A stretch of DNA of 36,500 nucleotides from Octopus bimaculoides (taxonomy: Eukaryota). Below are positions 22,201-35,577 of the stretch, piece after piece (the stretch's first letter is position 1; every line of letters starts with the position of its first letter). The DNA lies in contig NC_068995.1 of NCBI RefSeq assembly GCF_001194135.2, positions 4,611,436 through 4,647,935 on the forward strand. The letters are read 5' to 3'. A program made the translations under genes and the position numbers. The notes beneath the pieces were generated by a model, which was not told the origin of the DNA, did not search any database, and saw nothing but the letters and a program-made list of their open reading frames with translations.

Positions 22201-23924
22201 CCAATAATTAGTGTTGTTACATCAACATAAATCTTTCTTTAATAGTTGGCATTTGGTGAATAAGAGTCCGATGTTGCTGCCTACATACATGCATACATAT
22301 ACACACTCATATATATATACACACATATATACACATTATGTATGTAGGTATGTATGTATGTATGTAACTATGTATGTATGTACGCTTGAACCATTTTAAT
22401 ATCGAAGAAGGTAAAAAGACAGAAAATAGAATATATTTGAATGGGTTAACGGAACCTCCATAACTGGACTTTTCTCAGACTCATCTTTTCTTCTAAAAGT
22501 TGGCTTTTGCGTCTGAAATATAAAGATTATATATATATATATATATATATNNNNNNNNNNNNNNNNNNNNNNNNNNNNNNNNNNNNNNNNNNNNNNNNNN
22601 NNNNNNNNNNNNNNNNNNNNNNNNNNNNNNNNNNNNNNNNNNNNNNNNNNNNNNNNNNNNNNNNNNNNNNNNNNNNNNNNNNNNNNNNNNNNNNNNNNNN
22701 NNNNNNNNNNNNNNNNNNNNNNNNNNNNNNNNNNNNNNNNNNNNNNNNNNNNNNNNNNNNNNNNNNNNNNNNNNNNNNNNNNNNNNNNNNNNNNNNNNNN
22801 NNNNNNNNNNNNNNNNNNNNNNNNNNNNNNNNNNNNNNNNNNNNNNNNNNNNNNNNNNNNNNNNNNNNNNNNNNNNNNNNNNNNNNNNNNNNNNNNNNNN
22901 NNNNNNNNNNNNNNNNNNNNNNNNNNNNNNNNNNNNNNNNNNNNNNNNNNNNNNNNNNNNNNNNNNNNNNNNNNNNNNNNNNNNNNNNNNNNNNNNNNNN
23001 NNNNNNNNNNNNNNNNNNNNNNNNNNNNNNNNNNNNNNNNNNNNNNNNNNNNNNNNNNNNNNNNNNNNNNNNNNNNNNNNNNNNNNNNNNNNNNNNNNNN
23101 NNNNNNNNNNNNNNNNNNNNNNNNNNNNNNNNNNNNNNNNNNNNNNNNNNNNNNNNNNNNNNNNNNNNNNNNNNNNNNNNNNNNNNNNNNNNNNNNNNNN
23201 NNNNNNNNNNNNNNNNNNNNNNNNNNNNNNNNNNNNNNNNNNNNNNNNNNNNNNNNNNNNNNNNNNNNNNNNNNNNNNNNNNNNNNNNNNNNNNNNNNNN
23301 NNNNNNNNNNNNNNNNNNNNNNNNNNNNNNNNNNNNNNNNNNNNNNNNNNNNNNNNNNNNNNNNNNNNNNNNNNNNNNNNNNNNNNNNNNNNNNNNNNNN
23401 NNNNNNNNNNNNNNNNNNNNNNNNNNNATAATTTCTTTTCTCGAATATATTTTGGTTCGTAAATAATATCTTCTACATTTGTGGTATCTGGAAAAGATTG
23501 CAAGTTCAACCAACAAATGTTTTCAGTAAATGATTCACAAATCATCTAAGATGGAAATTGGTTTGTTTTCGGGGCAGACATCAAAGGTATTTTTTGTGGG
23601 AACACAAATTATTTTGGGGTCATATTCTCGCATATCAACTTGATGTAAAATCTCTACATCGGTAAAGTAAGTTTCACCGTCAGGTATGGAAATACAACGG
23701 TTGAATATTTTTTTTCATTTTGCTTGGCAATTACAATTCGACAAGATTGATAAATGAATTAATTCAAAGAATCAATCAATAATTTATATAATATCGATAA
23801 GAATTTGATTTTCACGTCAATTGGATAGTTAAGAGAAGTGAAAAGTGAAAAAATATTCAATAGGCATCCATTGATATGTCGTAATTAATTTAGAAAGTGG
23901 GTGAATTGGCATAACTATTATTGC

Positions 23925-24050
23925 ATCGGATAGAATGTTTTGCTGTTTATGCTTCGATTCTTTGCGTTCTAAGTTCAATTCCTGCCAAAGTCAAATTTGT
24001 CTTTTATAATTTCAGAGTCGATAAATGAATTAACAATCAAGAAATGGGGT
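23925..24050 (+). mobile_element. SINE family A, very degenerate
   Basis: GCGTTCTAAGTTCAATTCCTGCCAAAGTCAAATTTG...GAGTCGATAAA. Confidence 0.55.
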
Positions 24051-24179
24051 TTATTCTTATTTCTAACTTGCTGTCTGGATTGTAACTTATTTTCAATGGA
24101 GCAACTTTGTAATATTGTGTCGCCCTATTTGGGCCTCAGAATTGCATCAAGGGTAGAAGAAAGAGGCGGTTCCTAAGGG

Positions 24180-24250
24180 CTTATGAGCCTATGGGCGTAT
24201 GAGCCTATGGGCCTATGGGCCTATGATCCTATGGGGCTCTGGGCCTATGG
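24180..24250. repeat. Imperfect ~7-8-bp tandem repeat (GCCTATG core)
   Basis: Direct reading. Confidence 0.85.
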
Positions 24251-24499
24251 TCTTCGCTGCCGCTTCCAGACTGGATTGATTGGATGCAATTCAGGTTCCA
24301 GTTGAATCTTTAATGAGTGAAAATCTTGCGAAGAGTCGTGAGGAGAAAGTTCAAGAGAATTTATGTTTTATGAAGGAGTGAGCGTATTAATTAGTACAGA
24401 AGCCGGAGGTGGAGACATAATAATAGTGGTAGCAGGAGGAGAGTAAGGCCGCTCCTTAAACTCATTTTATTCTAAGAATGAAAGATGATACTGGATATC

Positions 24500-24905
24500 A
24501 AATTGATAGACGGGTTTTGCTTTGTGACAACGTTTGTGGCTGAATAATCCTGCCTTGAGAAGCAAGCCGAACCACACTGACCAGACGAAAGAGACTCTAT
24601 CGAACACTTCACAGGGAGACGATTTGTATCTCCTACATATATATTTACCAGCACGTTTCGATCCTGTGTATAAAAACCTGATGTTCTCGAATTCTTTAAA
24701 AGCAGGGATTCACATTCCTCCAAAGCTCCTTATCTGATGCATAATCTTCCCCAGTGCCAGTATGGACATTCATCTTTTTAAGTGTGTCTTTAAACGTTGT
24801 CTTTAAAATATCTGTGCAGCTTGCGACAGCAACGTTTTCCTTGGTCTAGCTCAACACACAGTACTTCTTTTGGCATGCGGGTATCCTCTATACGGAAAAG
24901 ATGGC
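24500..24905 (-). mobile_element. Decayed RTE-clade LINE 3' end with terminal C2H2 zinc finger
   Basis: CHLFRIEDTRMPKEVLCVELDQGKR...KDTLKKMNVHTGTGEDYASDKELWRN...(GQCGSACFS/KAGLFSHKRCH), read across frameshifts. Confidence 0.8.
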
Positions 24906-24939
24906 ATAAATACATATGTGTATGTGTGTGCGTGTGCAT

Positions 24940-25001
<62 letters not shown>

Positions 25002-26064
25002 NNNNNNNNNNNNNNNNNNNNNNNNNNNNNNNNNNNNNNNNNNNNNNNNNNNNNNNNNNNNNNNNNNNNNNNNNNNNNNNNNNNNNNNNNNNNNNNNNNN
25101 NNNNNNNNNNNNNNNNNNNNNNNNNNNNNNNNNNNNNNNNNNNNNNNNNNNNNNNNNNNNNNNNNNNNNNNNNNNNNNNNNNNNNNNNNNNNNNNNNNNN
25201 NNNNNNNNNNNNNNNNNNNNNNNNNNNNNNNNNNNNNNNNNNNNNNNNNNNNNNNNNNNNNNNNNNNNNNNNNNNNNNNNNNNNNNNNNNNNNNNNNNNN
25301 NNNNNNNNNNNNNNNNNNNNNNNNNNNNNNNNNNNNNNNNNNNNNNNNNNNNNNNNNNNNNNNNNNNNNNNNNNNNNNNNNNNNNNNNNNNNNNNNNNNN
25401 NNNNNNNNNNNNNNNNNNNNNNNNNNNNNNNNNNNNNNNNNNNNNNNNNNNNNNNNNNNNNNNNNNNNNNNNNNNNNNNNNNNNNNNNNNNNNNNNNNNN
25501 NNNNNNNNNNNNNNNNNNNNNNNNNNNNNNNNNNNNNNNNNNNNNNNNNNNNNNNNNNNNNNNNNNNNNNNNNNNNNNNNNNNNNNNNNNNNNNNNNNNN
25601 NNNNNNNNNNNNNNNNNNNNNNNNNNNNNNNNNNNNNNNNNATATATATATATGCATATGTATATTTATGCACATATATATTATATCTTTACGTATATAT
25701 ATTTATCACATAGATATTTATAGACATATCTGTGCGTGTTTGTGTGTTTGTGTGTGTGCGTGTTTGTGCGCTCGCACGCTCTGCGAATATAGACCAACCA
25801 CGGCTAAGCACTGCATACATCACCACCAGACGTCACTAACATAGCAATATAACTTTGACAGCCATGATGGATTTTCAAGTAATTGTAAAGACAAGATGTG
25901 AAAACAAAGATTAATTTTTAAAATAGATTTCAAATAAAGACAAATTACATGTTTGTAACGTCGTATTTGTGGATAAACTGATTGTTTAAAAGCAATTCTA
26001 CGGAACATAGTAATTCAGATATGCGTTTGTGTGTCACTCCAATTTCTTAGAGAACGGCCATACA

Positions 26065-26134
<70 letters not shown>

Positions 26135-26397
26135 GTGTGTATAAAGAATTGAATGTTCTTCCATAGTCATAGGCTCCATAAGATCAGATTCCCGGATTCT
26201 GTGGTGTATATATTTTCCACACCCTGGCCGTGACACTGGTCTGTCTATGGCAAATAAGCAAACGACAAACTACGGAAGGTCCCTAATTCTTCATCAGTTA
26301 TCAACCAAATGGAAATACACAGTTTTACACCTTTAATAATAAGGCTGAAAGCTTCCCATGTTGGCGGTGCCCGCAAAATTTTTTTCTTGTGGACAAT

Positions 26398-26460
26398 ATA
26401 TATACGACGGGCTTCTTTCAGTTTCCGTCTACCAAATCCACTGACAAAGCTTCCAAGAAT
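26398..26460 (-). mobile_element. SINE family C internal fragment
   Basis: ATATACGACGGGCTTCTTTCAGTTTCCGTCTACCAAATCCACTGACAAAGC. Confidence 0.7.
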
Positions 26461-27273
26461 CAATAACCTCGAGTAACTTACCCTTAACAAAAATTTAGTG
26501 CGGTTTCAAACAGCACCACATGCAGGTTGTAACATTACAACTGTTTTTTTTTTCTTTTTTTTTTTTTCAAGTTGATGGTCAAGCCAAAATCATCACAAGC
26601 TGAGTCAAATGCAGATACAAGAGATCGCAGACCTGTTTCAGAGTGACTAGATCGCAATCGTTAGCGTATAAGCGTTCACTAACGAGTGAAGTAAAAACCC
26701 TCGGTTTGGATTTTCAGTCTGGTCAGATTAAAAACGTACCATGTTCTTCGATGTATATACATACATACATATAATATATATATATATATATTCTGTTGTG
26801 TCTGAGGAGAGTCAATAGTCAAGACTATTGAAAAGGTTGCAAGACGCAACGAAAATTTTAGGAAAATAAAAATAAGAAATAAGTGGAAATTTTACCGGTG
26901 AGTGTGTTAAATTTTAAGGCACAATAAGAAAATGACTCTCGCCAGACACAACAAAATATGCTTCAACACACGAAATCACATAAAAAATCTTGCAAACCAA
27001 ATCCCAAAACGAAATACATATNNNNNNNNNNNNNNNNNNNNNNNNNNNNNNNNNNNNNNNNNNNNNNNNNNNNNNNNNNNNNNNNNNNNNNNNNNNNNNN
27101 NNNNNNNNNNNNNNNNNNNNNNNNNNNNNNNNNNNNNNNNNNNNNNNNNNNNNNNNNNNNNNNNNNNNNNNNNNNNNNNNNNNNNNNNNNNNNNNNNNNN
27201 NNNNNNNNNNNNNNNNNNNNNNNNNNNNNNNNNNNNNNNNNNNNNNNNNNNNNNNNNNNNNNNNNNNNNNNNN

Positions 27274-27316
<43 letters not shown>

Positions 27317-28689
27317 TATATATATATAAATATATAATATAATATGTATATTATATATATTATATATTATATATATATTATATATAATATATAATATATA
27401 CATATATATACAGTAATAAATACGTACGTACGTACGTATGTATGTATGTATGTATGTTTGTATGTATGTATTCGCTCGCAGTTGAGAACTACGCTGCTTG
27501 TATGTGTAAATATAAGCTTGTTGTATGTGATTAAGTGATTTTTTAAAAACTTTTGTTGCGTGAGTGAAACAGATATTTCTATAACGACACTGATAATAAA
27601 ACTAATATTGTTAATTGAATTTTATCGATATTTTAGTTGACCAGATAAAAGTTAAGTCTGACAATGGAAGAAATATATTCACAAAATAAACTACGTCCAA
27701 CGGCCATTTTAAGATTTACCTTTTTGTTTGTATCTTAGTTTTGTTTTGTTCTGTTTTTTTATTTTTGCTTTTTATTGTTGCTTTTAACATTATGCACGTG
27801 TATGTGTGTGTGTCTATATTAACCTCAATTTTGCGGCTCTACATTCGCACCATTCATGTGTGTATATATATATATATATATATGACTGTCTGTCTGTCTA
27901 GCTGTCTCTCCACTCACTCCCATGTTTATTTATATATATATATANNNNNNNNNNNNNNNNNNNNNNNNNNNNNNNNNNNNNNNNNNNNNNNNNNNNNNNN
28001 NNNNNNNNNNNNNNNNNNNNNNNNNNNNNNNNNNNNNNNNNNNNNNNNNNNNNNNNNNNNNNNNNNNNNNNNNNNNNNNNNNNNNNNNNNNNNNNNNNNN
28101 NNNNNNNNNNNNNNNNNNNNNNNNNNNNNNNNNNNNNNNNNNNNNNNNNNNNNNNNNNNNNNNNNNNNNNNNNNNNNNNNNNNNNNNNNNNNNNNNNNNN
28201 NNNNNNNNNNNNNNNNNNNNNNNNNNNNNNNNNNNNNNNNNNNNNNNNNNNNNNNNNNNNNNNNNNNNNNNNNNNNNNNNNNNNNNNNNNNNNNNNNNNN
28301 NNNNNNNNNNNNNNNNNNNNNNNNNNNNNNNNNNNNNNNNNNNNNNNNNNNNNNNNNNNNNNNNNNNNNNNNNNNNNNNNNNNNNNNNNNNNNNNNNNNN
28401 NNNNNNNNNNNNNNNNNNNNNNNNNNNNNNNNNNNNNNNNNNNNNNNNNNNNNNNNNNNNNNNNNNNNNNNNNNNGACACAAGATGTGATCTATTTCTAG
28501 CGCATTAATTGTCCACGTTAGTGGTCGACGTTATTTTTTAAAATGTACCTTAATCCCCTGAGATTGCAGATAATATTTCTGAATCTCTTTGATTCTTTAA
28601 ATGTGCTGGCCCCCTGATAATTAATCGATATTAATTAATATATTAATATATGACTAATTACCAGATCTTATAATAAATATATATATATA

Positions 28690-28694
28690 GAGAG

Positions 28695-28775
<81 letters not shown>

Positions 28776-28946
28776 TAGATAGATAGATTGGCAAAAAGAC
28801 AGACAGGCAGATAACTCCATTAAGTATCTAAACACATATCTATGTGTGCGAGTTGAGAGACAGCTAGACAGACAGACAGACAGTCAGTCAGACAGACTGA
28901 CAGACAGACAGACAGACAGACAGACCGACAGACAGACAGACAGACA
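28690..28946. repeat. (GATA)n/(GACA)n microsatellite
   Basis: Direct reading. Confidence 0.9.
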
Positions 28947-29381
28947 AAAGGCAGGCAGGAAATCCAATTCCTGTTTCGCTATTTTTAGATCGTCTGAACA
29001 GTAAAATACGAGCGCTTTATGCTTCTTATTAATAAATACGATAATCTTTTTTTTTTTAATTCTCTGAAAAGTTTAAAGTTTGTTCTTCTTAAAAAGATTT
29101 CTTGTGCATTAGATAAGGAATATATCCATAATCTGGATTGTATAGGAAGAGTTGGATTTCATTCTATTATTAGTTCCATATCTTCAGCTTATTTTTCGTT
29201 TATAATCTAAAAGATTCCGTAATGGTAAATTACGATTTACGTAAATAAAACCTCACTAAGAACATCATTCTTCCATTTACCAATATTTGTAAATCCGATA
29301 ATACAATCCCAGCATCCCCACCTTTGTCTTGTAGTAATTACTAGAAAGAGCCACCATATGTATATATATATATGTATGTGT

Positions 29382-29429
<48 letters not shown>

Positions 29430-29484
29430 ACGTATGTATATATATATGTGTATGTATATAAATATAGATAGATACATACATACA

Positions 29485-29520
<36 letters not shown>

Positions 29521-30049
29521 GATATAGATATATAGGTGGAGATATAGATATATACATTGAAATTACACCTTACTGACTTATAAGATGATACATTGAAACA
29601 TTGAATAGTGTAGTCCTAGACAGCCTTAGGAAACTCAAAATGCAACAACGGTCATTATAGATCAGTTTAATTAGGAAAGGTCAGGGTCACAACACCAACA
29701 AGTCTATTCAAGTGTAATTACATTGTTTTAAAACTGCGAAGATCGTATACGAAAGATAGATTACCAGTAAGTTGGAAGCATATGATTTTAGGGTGGTATT
29801 TGACTGCTATTTCTATTACATCTAGTGACTACATAGGGGTTTTCTCATTGCCTCATCTTTTTTGTAAGTTCACCAACTGTGTTACTTGTGTCGAGATTTA
29901 TATGATCTAACACGCATCATCACACACAGGCACACACGTGTGTGTGCGTATATGTATGGGGTCAACGGCGCGCATTCTCTCCTGATGACCCCATACACTT
30001 GCTGGCTTCCGGTATACGGAGTTCTCGACTGGTAGCACTTGCATGTGCG

Positions 30050-30527
30050 AGTTGTTTGCAAGACACAAAATCTCTTCACAATTCACGATTTTTCATTGCT
30101 TGTAGCAACTGCTCCTTATTTAGGTTTGCATCGTTTGAGATCGATGACTGTTCGAGCAGGTCTTCCTCTACTGCGACTCCCGTCAGTTGTTTCCCACAAT
30201 AGTAGCTTCTGTATAACTTCTTGTTTACTTCTCCAACAATGTCCGGCAAATTCTAACCGTCTTTGAGCAACTGTAGCTGTTATCTTGGGCAAGTTTCCAT
30301 ATAAACTTCCATTTGTAATACGTTGACGCCAGCTTGTGCATTGTACAACTCTAAACATTTTAGTGTATGCACCATCCAGTTTTTTCTCAAGTGCTTGTGC
30401 CAGGGACCAAGTACCTGATCCATACAGCAACATTGACTCAACAGATGTTCTGAAAAATGATAGTTTGATTGTTCTGAGTAGATCTGACTTCTAAATCTTT
30501 TCCATTTTGTTCATTGCAATCCAGGCT
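30050..30527 (-). mobile_element. Decayed RTE-clade LINE, C-terminal part of ORF2
   Basis: QAWIAMNKMEKI*KSDLLRTIKLSFFRTSVESMLLYGSGTWSLAQALEKKLDGAYTKMFR...LYGNLPKI...RRLEFAGHCWRS...LLLWE..GSRSRGRPART / NLNKEQLLQAMKNREL*. The supplied ORF 30116..30433 is part of this. Confidence 0.9.
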
Positions 30528-31160
30528 TGTAATTCTTGTGATTCAAGAAATGAAAAATGGTGACACTTATAAATTTTTTAAAAAGCATTAGCAGCGGTGA
30601 AATAAAAGCTGATTGGTTTCAGCCTGGAATCGAACCGATTCTGTCTTTGTCCAAGATTATCAAGAATATCTAAAGCGATGTTCAGCCGCAACACACAATA
30701 AAGTGTTACCAAGGATTCTTAATAAGATGAGATAGGTTTATTAGACTTTAGACAATTCGTGTGGAAACATTGTGGGTTTTTCTATGGGAAGCGATGGAAC
30801 AAACAGATCTAGAATGGTTTCATACTCTGGTAGAATCCTGATTCCTCACAGATTCTGTAATTCATATCCATAACTACTGGCTTACATCTCTTCCATCTCC
30901 CCCATCACCATCATCATCATCATCATCATATTATTATTATTATTATTATTACTATTATTATTAGTAGTAGTATTATTATTATTATTATTGTTGTTGTTGT
31001 TGTTGTTATTCGGAAAACATCAAAGACGTTTCTTTAACACTATCTACATCAATCCATATTGGATTGCTCAGTGACGATGATATTTGAGTTCTGTTTAATG
31101 CAGTCACATTCTTTGTTGCCATCTTGCTTCACCGAGTCGATAACAGCAACAGCAACAACA

Positions 31161-31195
<35 letters not shown>

Positions 31196-31412
31196 TATTA
31201 CTGCTACTCAACAATGATGTTCTATAGAAAACTCTAAGCGTGTTAGGGATCGGCGGCGAGAAGAATGGTAAATCTGGCTAGTGTTGCTAATTGGGACCTC
31301 TGATTTTGGAAGGGAAGCCGGGGGTGGAGATGATGCTAGATTACTCACACACAAACAACACAGTGTGTGTTGTGTGTGTGTGTGTTTGTGTTTGTGTGTG
31401 TGTTTGTGTGTT

Positions 31413-31467
<55 letters not shown>

Positions 31468-31745
31468 GTTTGTGTGTGTGTGTNNNNNNNNNNNNNNNNN
31501 NNNNNNNNNNNNNNNNNNNNNNNNNNNNNNNNNNNNNNNNNNNNNNNNNNNNNNNNNNNNNNNNNNNNNNNNNNNNNNNNNNNNNNNNNNNNNNNNNNNN
31601 NNNNNNNNNNNNNNNNNNNNNNNNNNNNNNNNNNNNNNNNNNNNNNNNNNNNNNNNNNNNNNNNNNNNNNNNNNNNNNNNNNNNNNNNNNNNNNNNNNNN
31701 NNNNNNNNNNNNNNNNNNNNNNNNNNNNNNNNNNNNNNNNNNNNN

Positions 31746-31796
<51 letters not shown>

Positions 31797-31957
31797 TTGT
31801 GTATGTGTGTATGTATGTGTGTGTGTGTGTGTGTGTGTGTGACTTCAAATACTACAGAATCGTATTTTATTCTTTTAGGACTGCTTTTATTGTGTGTGTC
31901 TATGTATAAAAGAATGTGTGTGTCTATGTTTGTGTGTGTGAGAGAGAGAAAAAAGAA

Positions 31958-32004
<47 letters not shown>

Positions 32005-32362
32005 GTGCGTGTGTGAGTCCCAAGACATTTCAATAACATATTTTGATATATCATTTCAAGAATACCGAATGAGAGGATTTCGATGTCTTTACTCAAAATC
32101 AACAGATAACTTCCATGAAATATTAAGAAAGGGTCATCAAAGAATGAATCCATAAATGTTCGGAATTGTACAAGAACAGATAATATCTATATTCTGGAAT
32201 ATATGAATGTCGAGATGCGTCAGTATGTCCGTGATATCTGCGGAAGTTGATTTAACACCATTGAAATTTCACCTACAAACTAAACGTCAAATGACAGTGG
32301 ACATATGATATAGCAGTAGATAAACATACACACACACACACACACACATTCATATATATATA

Positions 32363-32757
32363 CAGGGGTTGGGACAAAATAATGGGAACACCTTAAAATT
32401 TGAAACAAATTTATTTTAATAAGGGGTAGGACCGCCTTTGGCAGTAATTACAGCTTGAATTCTACGAGGTATGGACTCGTACAAAGTTTCAATTGTTTCC
32501 AAAGGAATTTTTGTCCATTCTTCAGCTAAAACAGTCTCCAGTTCTTGTAGTGATGATGGTGGAAGATATCGACTCCTTCTTTTTCTAGAATGCACGATAA
32601 ATGTTCGATAATATTGAGATCCGGGGACTGGGGTGGCCAGATAAGATGTTCAACTTCACTAGAATGTTCCTCGTGCCATTCAGTAACAACTTCAGCTATG
32701 TGAATTGGTGCATTATCATCCTGAAAGATTGCGTGTCCCTCTGGAAACAGTTCCGCT
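32363..32757 (-). mobile_element. Tc1/mariner transposon, 3' end: TIR plus C-terminal transposase fragment with D-36-E spacing
   Basis: TA|CAGGGGTTGGGACAAAATAATGGGAACACC TIR at 32363-32392. Translation of 32750->32416: LFPEGHAIFQDDNAPIHIAEVVTEWHEEHSSEVEHLIWPPQSPDLNIIEHLSCILEK/(frameshift)RSRYLPPSSLQELETVLAEEWTKIPLETIETLYESIPRRIQAVITAKGGPTPY*. Confidence 0.92.
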
Positions 32758-33047
32758 TTAAGCCCCTGGGCAAGGCAAACAAATGTACATATACGAAAAC
32801 AATTGAGTAAACAACAGAGAGGGTCTTTCGACTATCGAACCCGGATCGCCATTTCGATACACTAGGGTTTAATTCAACATTTGTATTGAATATCAATGTG
32901 ATGCATTGNNNNNNNNNNNNNNNNNNNNNNTGGGGTTAGGTAATGAAGGAGAACGGGAGGTGGGGTTTGCTACACCCGACACGTAACAACGCATATTGCG
33001 TGTAAAAGTGGGTTGAAAGGAGAGGAGGGGAGAAGAGAGGAGAGGAA

Positions 33048-33105
<58 letters not shown>

Positions 33106-33464
33106 AGGAAAGGAAGAAAGAAAGGAAGGAAGAAGGAGAGAAACAGGGGTGAGAGATTGAGCATAAGATCGAACATGAGAAACTGGGTAGATTCGAAATG
33201 GTGAGAGAAGGGGAGAAACAGAAGAGAAAGAGAGAGAGGATAGAGAGAAAGAGAGTATGTGTGTGTGTATGAACGAGAGAGAGAGGGGGAGGAATGATGA
33301 GAGATGGTGGAGGAGGAGCAGAAGGTGAGACGTGGGTTACATATAACAAGAGTGAGTCTTATGTTACTTTAAACAGTTTCATTCTGTAGTTTAATCAGTG
33401 ACAATAACTTGATATCGTTTGCAGACTGACGTGGACTGAAAACGTCATCATCATCATTATCATC

Positions 33465-33479
33465 TGCCGCAGCAGCAGC

Positions 33480-33522
<43 letters not shown>

Positions 33523-33539
33523 GCAGCAGTAGCAGCAGC
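33465..33539. repeat. (CAG)n microsatellite
   Basis: Direct reading. Confidence 0.95.
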
Positions 33540-33662
33540 TTCCTTGCCAAACTACGAGTCATATATTAAGGTCAACTTGACCTACGTGCTGTTTTTCAGC
33601 TCTTTGAAAATGTATGTGTGTATATATGTGTATACATCAACACACACATACACACACACACA

Positions 33663-33706
<44 letters not shown>

Positions 33707-33729
33707 CATACATACACGATGGGCTCAAG

Positions 33730-33830
33730 CAGTTTCACCCTAGGAAATACCATTCACAAAGCATCTGTCATTGCGCGGCTGTAGCAGAAGACACTTGACC
33801 CGAGTGTAACACGTAATAAGACTAAACCTA
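33730..33830 (-). mobile_element. SINE family C, degenerate
   Basis: GGCTGTAGCAGAAGACACTTG...GACTAAACC is the reverse complement of the family C body. Confidence 0.65.
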
Positions 33831-34773
33831 GAGAAACATGTATGTATGTATGTATGTATGTATGTATGTATGTATGTATGTATGTATATACTAATACGCC
33901 AGTGATTAACTCAGCATGAATTACGAGCCAACAAGTGGTATTCTTCAGGCCAGTGTGATCAGAGCTAGAAGTACCAACCAACCAACTGTCCTCCCCCAAC
34001 ACTTAAACTCCTACCTCGCCGTCTTCATTAACGAAGTCTTTGCACACCAAATCTAAGAGTAATACAGATGATCATGACAGGGTTACTATTTATTGATCAT
34101 ACGTCTGCTCGATTAGACCTGACTTGGGGCTAAACAGCACAACAACAAGCAACCGCGTCAATTACATGCCAATTGCACAAGCAACCAGACACACATATGT
34201 TCAATTTACCAAAGCACCAACACATACACTCACACACACAGACACACGCACTCAGAAACACACGCTCCCATTAAAATGCACAGAGACATTCAAGATGTAC
34301 TTTCTTCGTCTTTTTTTTTTTATTATTCTATACTCACAACTGTTTCGCCATTTTGTTTACGATGAACCAATAACCGCTCATGCCGCTATTTTTTCGATTA
34401 TAAAATCTTCAATAATCCTTCTCTCGGGGCAAAAGTATTTTACATTAACCTCTAAGCTTCAGATAAAAATCCAACGCGTTACTTTTCGAAAAATAAAATA
34501 CTAACTGAATGTTATTTCCAATTCAAAATGGCTTCCTTCTCGTTCTCTGTCCGCCATGTGCTCCTTTAGAAATGCTTCCTTGTCCTGGCTTTTATTCAGG
34601 TTTAAAACGTTGTGTCTTTTCTTTTATCATATTTACGATTTTGACTCTTTTCTTGCGTTGTTGTTATCGTCCTTTTGTGCGTTTTCATTTGTTTCGTTTT
34701 ATTTTCATGAACTGACTAGGTTGTCTATGTATTTATATATTTCAAAGTTTATCTCTACAGATTTTCGTTTGAA

Positions 34774-35100
34774 TTTAGAGCGAGTACTGAAAGTTACAAC
34801 GTTTCGTGTAAGAATACGTCTATGTAAACAATGCGATCAAAGACATAACAATAGGTACTAGTTGTATATGCACTTTCTTCTGTACCACATCAACTCCATC
34901 AACTATCCACGAATGCATTACTTAAATACCCACCAAACTTAGCGATGTAACTCTATTGGATAAACCAATTTTACATATTAAACACATTTCTGGCAACTCG
35001 CACGTACATTACCCATTACCGATTTATCTATCTTCGATCGCATTATTTACATGGACGTTTTCGTATCCGAAACGTTGTAACTTTCGGCGCTGACTCTAAA
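34774..35100. mobile_element. MITE/foldback-like element with 70-bp terminal inverted repeats
   Basis: 34774-34843 vs reverse complement of 35031-35100: 58/70 identical by hand alignment. Confidence 0.7.
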
Positions 35101-35443
35101 AGGAAGACAACACTCTGCTAAAGCCAAAAGTAGAATGCAATATTGATTTCCAAACCTTTAATATACCTGGTGGTAGATTATTGTTGCTAAACGAAATGCG
35201 ATTTCCCTACCAGCAATTAATTAATTTATTTGTTTTACAGTTTGTTGATTAAATGATTGATTGGTGTACGTGTTTGTTTACCTGCTCTGTTTATTTCGTC
35301 ACGGCTAATTTATTTGGGGCATGTACGTATGTGTGTATACGTGTGTATGTGTGTGTGTGTGTGTGTAAATATACACATATATAGATATAGTTCTCTCCTT
35401 ATATATACATATATATAGATGTGTGTATGAGAGTAGGTGTGTT

Positions 35444-35577
<134 letters not shown>

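Noticed and set aside
26160-26300. Minus-strand acceptor-like site with frames QCHGQGVENIY.../SRPGCGKYIHH..., and CUGAUGA at about 26297
   Set aside because: No recognisable protein or donor; the CUGAUGA lacks a GAAA box.
29984-29990. CTGATGA
   Set aside because: No stem II or GAAA follows.
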